Shown here piece by piece: positions 25,582-32,000 of a DNA stretch of 32,000 bases (its first letter is position 1; the number at the start of each line of letters is the position of its first letter). Origin of the DNA: Promethearchaeia archaeon (lineage in GTDB: Archaea > Asgardarchaeota > Lokiarchaeia > Sigyniarchaeales > SOKP01); contig JAWOFX010000130.1 of assembly GCA_046497275.1 (NCBI GenBank), forward strand, positions 18,281 to 50,280, in the 5' to 3' direction. The position numbers were made by a program, and so were the translations under genes. The notes under the pieces were generated by a model. It ran no database searches, was not told the origin of the DNA, and saw nothing but the letters and a program-made list of their open reading frames with translations.

Positions 25582-26853
25582 GTGATTGAATTGAGTTATA
25601 CAATATGCGAGAAAATCTTTAAAGAGCATTCAGAAAAAAAAGAAATTGAACCTGATCAGTATATTGAAGCATTTATCGATTTTATTATGGTTCATGAACA
25701 GTTAGGAGGTCGTATTCATGAAGAGTATGAAAAATTAGATCTTGATCACGTATGGGATCCAGAAAAAATATTCTTTATTTTAGATCATTGGGTACCAGCA
25801 CCCACAATTTCTGCTGCTCAAATGCATCAAACCTGTCGAAAATTTGCCCAAAAATATAAGTTTATTCATAATATGGGAATGAATGAAGGGATTTGCCACC
25901 AAGTTTTACCAGAAAAAGGCTTTGCAAGACCAGGAATGTTAATTGTCGGCAGTGATAGTCATACAACCACCTATGGAGCGTTCAATTGCTTATCCACAGG
26001 AATTGGTGCAAGCGATACAGCCGTAGTATTTGCAACTGGAAAATTATGGTTTAAAATCCCACATTCTTATAAAGTGACCTTAACTGGTAATCTCTCAAAA
26101 GGAGTTATGTCTAAAGATTTTATTTTAAAATTTATTGGAGATATATCCACAAAAGGAGCATTATACAAATCTTTAGAATTTCACGGGGAAGGAGCAAAAT
26201 CCCTATCAATTGATGCTCGGATGACCATATCAAATATGGTTGTTGAAGCTGGAGCTAAATTTGGTATTTTTTTACATGATGACAAATTAAAACGATGGCT
26301 TCACAATAGAACAGAACAACCTTATAAAATTACTCACCCAGATACTGATGCTATTTATAAGAAAAGATATGATTATAACCTCTCTGAAATTATTCCTTAT
26401 GTAGCCAAACCACATAGTCCCGGAAATTTAGCAGAAATTGATGAAGTTGAGGGAATATCCATTGATCAAGCATTCTTAGGTAGTTGTACGAATGGAAGAA
26501 TAGAAGATTTGCAAATAGCTGCAGAAATTCTTAAAGGAAAAAAGATTCATCCTGATATTAGACTTATTGTTATTCCAGCCTCTAAAGAAATTTATTTAGA
26601 TGCGATTTCAAAAGGATTCATCGAAATTTTTATAAAAGCTGGAGCTGTTGTTGGTAATTGTACTTGCGGTCCCTGTATCGGTGGTCATCTAGGGGTTTTA
26701 GGTCCAGAAGAGGTATGTATAAGTAGTACTAATAGAAATTTTAAAGGCCGAATGGGAGATCCGAGTTCGAAGGTCTATTTAGCTTCTCCCGCGACGGTTG
26801 CAGCATCTGCTATACAGGGGAAAATTACAGATCCGAGGATGGTGTTAGAATAA
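25582..26853 (+). CDS. 3-isopropylmalate dehydratase/homoaconitase family large subunit
   Basis: 'GICHQVLPE', 'GSDSHTTTYGAF', 'MTISNMVVEAGAK', Fe-S ligands 'GSCTNGR' and 'CGPCIGG', 'STNRNFKGRMG'. GTG start; substrate not assignable (leuC vs hacA vs other). Confidence 0.9.
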   Translation: MIELSYTICEKIFKEHSEKKEIEPDQYIEAFIDFIMVHEQLGGRIHEEYEKLDLDHVWDPEKIFFILDHWVPAPTISAAQMHQTCRKFAQKYKFIHNMGMNEGICHQVLPEKGFARPGMLIVGSDSHTTTYGAFNCLSTGIGASDTAVVFATGKLWFKIPHSYKVTLTGNLSKGVMSKDFILKFIGDISTKGALYKSLEFHGEGAKSLSIDARMTISNMVVEAGAKFGIFLHDDKLKRWLHNRTEQPYKITHPDTDAIYKKRYDYNLSEIIPYVAKPHSPGNLAEIDEVEGISIDQAFLGSCTNGRIEDLQIAAEILKGKKIHPDIRLIVIPASKEIYLDAISKGFIEIFIKAGAVVGNCTCGPCIGGHLGVLGPEEVCISSTNRNFKGRMGDPSSKVYLASPATVAASAIQGKITDPRMVLE

Positions 26854-27345
26854 ATGAAAAAAATAGAGGGTTTTGCATATATTATGGGTAATGATATTAA
26901 TACAGATGATATTGTTCCATCTCACGCACTCACTTTAAGAGATGCATCTGAGATGGCTCAATGTGCATGCGAGACTATTGATCCTAAATTTTCAGAAAAA
27001 ACAGATAAATTAAATATTATTATTGCGGGTGAAAACTTTGGCTGTGGGAGCTCTCGTGAGGAGGCTGTGAATGTACTAAAGATTTTAGGAATAAAAACCA
27101 TCTTAGCTAAGTCATTTGCAAGAATTTATTTTCGAAACTTAATAAATAAAGGAATTCCCGGCATTACTTTAAATTGGAATAAAGATGATTTTTCTGAAGG
27201 AGATCATTTAGAAATAAATTTGGATAAGGGAATTTTAAATAATCTAACTAAAAACGAGACTATGAAATTTGAAAGATTACCGGAATTTCTTCTTGATATT
27301 GTAAAACAAGGAGGAGTTATTAATAAACTTAAAAATAATATATAA
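26854..27345 (+). CDS. 3-isopropylmalate dehydratase/homoaconitase family small subunit
   Basis: 'DINTDDIVP', 'AGENFGCGSSRE', 'AKSFARIYFRNLINKG'; starts directly after the large-subunit stop. Confidence 0.9.
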   Translation: MKKIEGFAYIMGNDINTDDIVPSHALTLRDASEMAQCACETIDPKFSEKTDKLNIIIAGENFGCGSSREEAVNVLKILGIKTILAKSFARIYFRNLINKGIPGITLNWNKDDFSEGDHLEINLDKGILNNLTKNETMKFERLPEFLLDIVKQGGVINKLKNNI

Positions 27346-27352
27346 AATTCTT

Positions 27353-27889
27353 TCACATTAAATTATTTATTTCATTTTCAATTTTTTTTATTCTTTCTCT
27401 CGATTTAATCAATATAGAGGTTTTTCCATACTTTTGAAACCATTTTTGAAAACGTTCATCAATAGAGACTTCTCGATTTCCTGTCATATGCTTATCTGCG
27501 AGACATACAATTTTCTCTTCTAATGTTGTTGGTAAATAATCTTTTGCTGGTAAACCTAGTTTTTTCGCATCCTCTTTATCTAAACCCCCTAAAATATGGG
27601 TTTCACATATTCTAGCGAATTCTTTAGGCAATCCTCGCTCCCTTAAAATTCTACCACCTATTAATGCATGCTCAAACCCATGAGTAACTGATCTTCCAAT
27701 ATCGTGCAGCAATCCTCCTATTTCTACTAGTCGTACATTAACTTTTTCTTTGGTTATTTTATTAGCCATCTCAACTGCTTTGTTTGCAACCCTTATGGAA
27801 TGCTGTCTCACAGGAAATGAGAGTCGTACCTTCCTTAACAAATCTAAAGCAAAGCTACGATCGGGAATGATTGTTTCTTTTTTTCCCAT
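27353..27889 (-). CDS. HD-domain (HDIG) metal-dependent phosphohydrolase
   Basis: 'HSIRV', 'LLHDIGRS', 'EHALIG', 'ETHILGG', 'EEKIVCLADK'. Confidence 0.88.
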   Translation of the reverse strand: MGKKETIIPDRSFALDLLRKVRLSFPVRQHSIRVANKAVEMANKITKEKVNVRLVEIGGLLHDIGRSVTHGFEHALIGGRILRERGLPKEFARICETHILGGLDKEDAKKLGLPAKDYLPTTLEEKIVCLADKHMTGNREVSIDERFQKWFQKYGKTSILIKSRERIKKIENEINNLM

Positions 27890-28060
27890 ATTATATTTCT
27901 AAATTAAAGAATAACTTTAAGATTTAAGATTTAATATTTTTCACCAAAATATCAATAATTTAACTATTCCTAAATTTTTGAAATATTATTTTTTTTTAGA
28001 AAGTAATTAAAAATGGAACAGAATGAAAAATTTTTTAAAAAAGATTCAAATAGCTTAATC

Positions 28061-28549
28061 TTAATAAACTTTTTCCTCGTAAGAGCCCCCAAGAAATCCT
28101 CCTAATACTCCTCCACTAATTCCAGAAAGTAAAGCTCCTAATATTCCCCCTATAGTTTCAACTAGCTGAGGACCAGTGAAAAAACTCATTAAATCTTGAC
28201 CAGAAAATATGGCAAACATAATCCACATAAGCAATGTAATTATAATTACTAATGTACTACTGATGAAGCCTCTTTTTATCCCTTTTACAATTATACCTGT
28301 GAAAAAACCTAAAAATAAGCATGATAAAAATGCAGGTTGAAAAAAACCAGCAAGACTATAAGGTCCAGATATAAAAAACCCGATTATATTAAACTCAAAA
28401 TTGGCCTCTGCTAAAATACTAAATCCTTGAAAAATATTATATTGTCCCAATACAATTGCTGTTTTTAATGTTTCCCATTGATCGAATAAGGAGACGCTTA
28501 TAAAGCTTAATATAAGTCCAATTACAATACCAATCGTTAATCTTGCCAT
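28061..28549 (-). CDS. Hypothetical integral membrane protein
   Basis: Three to four hydrophobic segments; C-terminal glycine-zipper-like 'GGILGALLSGISGGVLGGFLGG'. Confidence 0.75.
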   Translation of the reverse strand: MARLTIGIVIGLILSFISVSLFDQWETLKTAIVLGQYNIFQGFSILAEANFEFNIIGFFISGPYSLAGFFQPAFLSCLFLGFFTGIIVKGIKRGFISSTLVIIITLLMWIMFAIFSGQDLMSFFTGPQLVETIGGILGALLSGISGGVLGGFLGGSYEEKVY

Positions 28550-28718
28550 CGTTAATGATTTACCTTTGTTAAATTTCCAAAAAAAATGATATTGATTTGA
28601 TTTAATTGTTAATACTATTTTAATATTGTATTTTCATCTTTATGATAAAAATTATAATATATAATGTATTATCTATAATTATTATTTATAGAACTTAACA
28701 TGCATACGTGGTTATAAC

Positions 28719-29558
28719 TTGGCTAAAAAGAAAAAGAAAACAGAAGAAACGGAAGAATCTGATGATCTTGATATAGATGAAGATTTACTTGTTGATTTTG
28801 AAGAAGATTTTGAAGAAGACTTCGATGAAGATTTAGACTTAGAAGAAGAACTTGATTTATTGGATACTGAAGATATTGGGATTCTCGAAGAGGAGGAGGA
28901 AACATTTATCGACAAAGATGAGGAAAAGAAAGATCTTTATCTGAGTACGGGTATTCATATCGGTACAAAATTACTTACTGGTGATGCTAGACGCTTTATT
29001 TATAGACAGACTAATTATGGTCTCTATGTTATTGATTTAACTAAGACAGAAGAGAGATTAAAAATTGCAGCAAAATTTCTCAGTAAATATGTAGAAGAGG
29101 GAAGTGATAAAGTAACAGTTTCGTCTGTGAGGCGTTATGGGAAAGAACCTGTGCGAAAGTTTTGTGAAGCCCTTGGATGTCGTTCTATCACTGACAGATT
29201 TATTCCAGGCTCTTTAACAAATCCAAATATAGATACTTACATAAAAGATGCGAGTGTAGTTGTAATTGTTGACCCTCATGCTGATAAAGTAATTTTAAAT
29301 GAAGCAAAATTAGCGAGAATACCTGTTGTATCTTTATTCGATACAGACGACAATCTATCCGGCATAGATTTAGCTGTTCCTGCAAATAATCGCGGTAAAA
29401 AGGCACTAGGATTAGCATTTTGGATTCTTGCGAGGGAGATATCATTAGAATTGGGAAAAATCGCTAGTGAGGATGATTTCCCTTATACATTAGAAGACTT
29501 TACCAGTAATATTATTCCATATTATAAGCAGCAACAACAGCAAGGACAAGAGCAATAA
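28719..29558 (+). CDS. rps2: 30S ribosomal protein uS2 with long acidic N-terminal extension
   Basis: Core 'YLSTGIHIGTK', 'FIYRQTNYGLYVIDL', 'RFIPGSLTNP', 'DPHADK', 'IDLAVPANNRGKKALGL'; TTG is the first in-frame start after the TAG at 28689. Confidence 0.93.
   Translation: MAKKKKKTEETEESDDLDIDEDLLVDFEEDFEEDFDEDLDLEEELDLLDTEDIGILEEEEETFIDKDEEKKDLYLSTGIHIGTKLLTGDARRFIYRQTNYGLYVIDLTKTEERLKIAAKFLSKYVEEGSDKVTVSSVRRYGKEPVRKFCEALGCRSITDRFIPGSLTNPNIDTYIKDASVVVIVDPHADKVILNEAKLARIPVVSLFDTDDNLSGIDLAVPANNRGKKALGLAFWILAREISLELGKIASEDDFPYTLEDFTSNIIPYYKQQQQQGQEQ
28794..28829 (+). repeat. 12-nt in-frame tandem repeat encoding DFEE-DFEE-DFDE
   Basis: GATTTTGAAGAA twice (28794-28817) followed by the variant GACTTCGATGAA. 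Confidence 0.8.
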
Positions 29559-29763
29559 AATTAAATAACAATTTCTTTATGATCCATTACTTCTCAAGTT
29601 AATTTAAGTTAAATTTTTATAATATTTCAATAATTTAGATAATTTTTTGAATAGTTAAGGGACTATTCTCATTTTGAATTTACATTTTTTAAAATATTAC
29701 TAATAAATTTTTATCATTTGATATGCTTCACTTAACTAGGAATATATTAAGGTAAAATTAAAA

Positions 29764-30549
29764 ATGGCAAAGAGTAAAAAAAAAATCGTTGCCTTTTCCG
29801 GAAAGGGAGGTGTTGGAAAGACAACGACCTTAGCCTTGTTTTTAAAATATCTTTTAGAGAAAAACAGTCGTGAAATTCTCGTAATCGATTCTGATCCTGA
29901 TGCTAATATTGGAGATGTCATTGGAAAAGAAATAAAATTTGATCAAACCTTAGCTTCGAAAATGAATCAAATGAAAGAAAAAATAAGAAATAGAGAAATC
30001 CCTCTTGAGATGCCAAAAAACCAAATTATTGAAGGAGAAGTATTTGAAACCCTAATAGAAATGGATAAGTTTGACATAATGGAAATGGGCAGACAAGAAG
30101 GGGAAGGATGTTATTGTTTCATCAATAATGTACTAAAAAATGTAATAGATACCATTTCCGAGAATTATGAGATTACACTAATAGATTCGCCAGCAGGTTT
30201 AGAGCATTTCTCGAGAAAAACAGGACGAGACGTAACTGACTTAATAATAGTTACGGATCCATCAAAAATGGGAATCCATACGATGAAACGTATTGTTGAA
30301 TTAACATATGAGGTTAATTTAAAATTTCAAAATATTTGGGTCATAGGTAATCGTTTTCCAGAAAGTTTGAAAGAAGCATTAAAAAAAGAAGTAGAAAGTT
30401 TATCTGAAGATAATGTTAAATTATTAGGTTTTATCCCAGATGGGAGTGCTATTGGGGAGTATAACTTTTTAGGTAAAAGCTTATTAGAAATGCCTGAGGA
30501 TGATCCCACTTATCAACAAGCAAAACAGATTTTTGAAAGAATATTATAA
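29764..30549 (+). CDS. cooC: CooC/AcsF-type Ni-insertion ATPase (MinD/ParA superfamily)
   Basis: Deviant Walker A 'SGKGGVGKTT', 'IDSDPDAN', CxC motif in 'EGEGCYC', 'DSPAGLEHFSR'. Confidence 0.8.
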   Translation: MAKSKKKIVAFSGKGGVGKTTTLALFLKYLLEKNSREILVIDSDPDANIGDVIGKEIKFDQTLASKMNQMKEKIRNREIPLEMPKNQIIEGEVFETLIEMDKFDIMEMGRQEGEGCYCFINNVLKNVIDTISENYEITLIDSPAGLEHFSRKTGRDVTDLIIVTDPSKMGIHTMKRIVELTYEVNLKFQNIWVIGNRFPESLKEALKKEVESLSEDNVKLLGFIPDGSAIGEYNFLGKSLLEMPEDDPTYQQAKQIFERIL

Positions 30550-30768
30550 TTCTCCTTATTTTATTTTTTAAACTCCTAATTTTACTAATATTCATAATTA
30601 AAATCTATATTAGACTCAATTCTTTCATATTCGTGGATAAATAATTTTTAGAATTAAGGAGATTGATTCTTTGATAGTAATGGAGAATTCAGTACTAGTA
30701 ATCTCTATAAAATTATTTTAGAAAAGAATCACTATATTACATAATTCTTTTAAACATGAGGATTTAAG

Positions 30769-32000
30769 ATGCCAAAATACACTGGTAGCGAAATTATTAC
30801 CAAATATCTTATTAAAGAAAATGTTCCATATGTTGTTGGGATTCCAGGTCATGGTTGTTTAGCTTTAGTGGATGCCTTTTATAAAAACCGCGATAAAATT
30901 AAATTAATCCAACCAAAACAAGAGATGGGTGGAGTTCATCTCGCAGTTGGTTATTATAGGGTGACAAAACAACCATTATGCGTATTTACATCTATAGGAC
31001 CGGGCGCAATAAACACAGCAATTGGACTTGCAGACGCTTATGTCGATTCAATGCCTGTGTTAGTTCTAACTGGAGACACTCATGTGCACATGAGGGGAAA
31101 AGGTGTTCTTCAGGAAATTGAAAGACGTAGAGATTCAGATTTTCCACGAATACTTGAACCTGTTGTAAAACGTTCTTGGCAAGTAGTCGCGGTAGAACAA
31201 TTGCCATCAATAATTCAGAGAGCCTTCAATCAAATGCTTACTGGTAGACCAGGTCCTGTCCATATTGATTTACCTATGGATGTCCAAGCTGCCGCTATCG
31301 AGGCCGATATTCCAGAACCAAAGCAAAGAAGACCATGGGGAAGAGTTCTTGGTGACCCAGACTCAATTGAAGAAGCAGTGGAGTTACTCAAATCTGCAGA
31401 ACGTCCAGTCATGTTTCTGGGAGGAGGAGTCATAACTTCGGAGGCATTTGAAGAAGTGAAAGAATTAGCAGAAAGAACGGGAGCCGCTGTTGTTGCCACT
31501 ATGATGGGAAAAGATGCATTCCCAAATGATCATCCGTTATTCTGTTGGGCAAGCGGTTCTAAAGGTACAAGTGTTGGATTAAAAATGACTTCTGAAGCGG
31601 ATGTCTTATTAGCGGTTGGTTGTCGATTCGCAGATGAGTCAGCAAGCTCCTATAGACATGGGATAAGTTTTACGATTCCCCCTACAAAATTAATCCATGT
31701 GGATATTGATCCAAATGAAATCGGGAAAAATTATCCTACTGAAGTTGGGATTGTAGGAGATGCAAAATCTGTCTTAGACCAAATGATAATGGAATTAAAA
31801 AACCAAAACTTCGATAAGGACTATGAAAATACAGAATATTTTAAAGAAATACAAGAAGAGAAGAAAAAATGGTTTAATTTTCTAGAAGAATATCGAGATG
31901 ATACTATGGTACCTGTGATGATTTCTACTGTGCTTCAAGAAGTAAGAGAATTTTTAGACCGTGATGCTATTGTTGTAAGCAGTTCTGGAAATGTTCAAGC
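30769..32000 (+). CDS. TPP-dependent enzyme, acetolactate synthase-like superfamily (5' part; truncated by window end, absent from ORF track)
   Basis: Manual translation MPKYTGSEIITKYLIKENVPYVVGIPGHG...KQEMGG...TSIGPGAIN...PVLVLTGD...GRPGPVHIDLPMDVQ...; GAGGA SD-like motif upstream; the frame appears open to the window end. Confidence 0.9.
   Translation, partial: MPKYTGSEIITKYLIKENVPYVVGIPGHGCLALVDAFYKNRDKIKLIQPKQEMGGVHLAVGYYRVTKQPLCVFTSIGPGAINTAIGLADAYVDSMPVLVLTGDTHVHMRGKGVLQEIERRRDSDFPRILEPVVKRSWQVVAVEQLPSIIQRAFNQMLTGRPGPVHIDLPMDVQAAAIEADIPEPKQRRPWGRVLGDPDSIEEAVELLKSAERPVMFLGGGVITSEAFEEVKELAERTGAAVVATMMGKDAFPNDHPLFCWASGSKGTSVGLKMTSEADVLLAVGCRFADESASSYRHGISFTIPPTKLIHVDIDPNEIGKNYPTEVGIVGDAKSVLDQMIMELKNQNFDKDYENTEYFKEIQEEKKKWFNFLEEYRDDTMVPVMISTVLQEVREFLDRDAIVVSSSGNVQ

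Noticed and set aside
29649-29668. GAATAGT-taaggg-ACTATTC hairpin between rps2 and cooC
   Set aside because: Single 7-bp stem with no second copy seen; cannot distinguish terminator, operator or chance.
1-32000. CRISPR array, tRNA/rRNA, IS/transposase, integrase or Sec/Pyl read-through genes
   Set aside because: No regularly spaced repeats, T-loop/cloverleaf signatures, transposase or integrase motifs, or split conserved ORFs at in-frame TGA/TAG were seen by eye; tRNAscan-SE, Infernal and a CRISPR finder would be needed to exclude them formally.

Overview
AT-rich (roughly 30% GC by eye), densely coding archaeal window, most consistent with an Asgard archaeon of the Lokiarchaeia type (inference from archaeal stalk proteins P0/P1, archaeal uL1/uL11/uS2, low GC and many small Zn-ribbon membrane proteins). 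It contains the rpl11-rpl1-rpl10(P0)-rpl12(P1) operon, scattered shikimate/aromatic pathway genes (aroD, aroK, aroE, tyrA), adk, tmk, thiW, a B12 radical SAM enzyme, a thiolase-like protein, GH57, an M28 peptidase, a LeuC/LeuD-like pair, rps2, a CooC-like ATPase and a truncated TPP-dependent enzyme. The most unusual part is an accessory block at about 15.86-23.33 kb. It holds four paralogous small proteins built as CxxC-hydrophobic hairpin-CxxC (LITAF-like) plus a C-terminal Zn ribbon, split by a MefA-like MFS exporter. A GNAT and a 1037-aa protein with 14 WD40 repeats and a C-terminal membrane anchor follow. Other notable items are a ~108-nt imperfect hairpin upstream of rpl11, a 55-aa Zn-ribbon gene missed by the ORF track, a shared promoter block upstream of two LITAF-like paralogs, and a very acidic N-terminal extension on uS2. 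No tRNA, rRNA, CRISPR array or transposase was recognised. All family calls come from motif recognition by eye; no database search was run.
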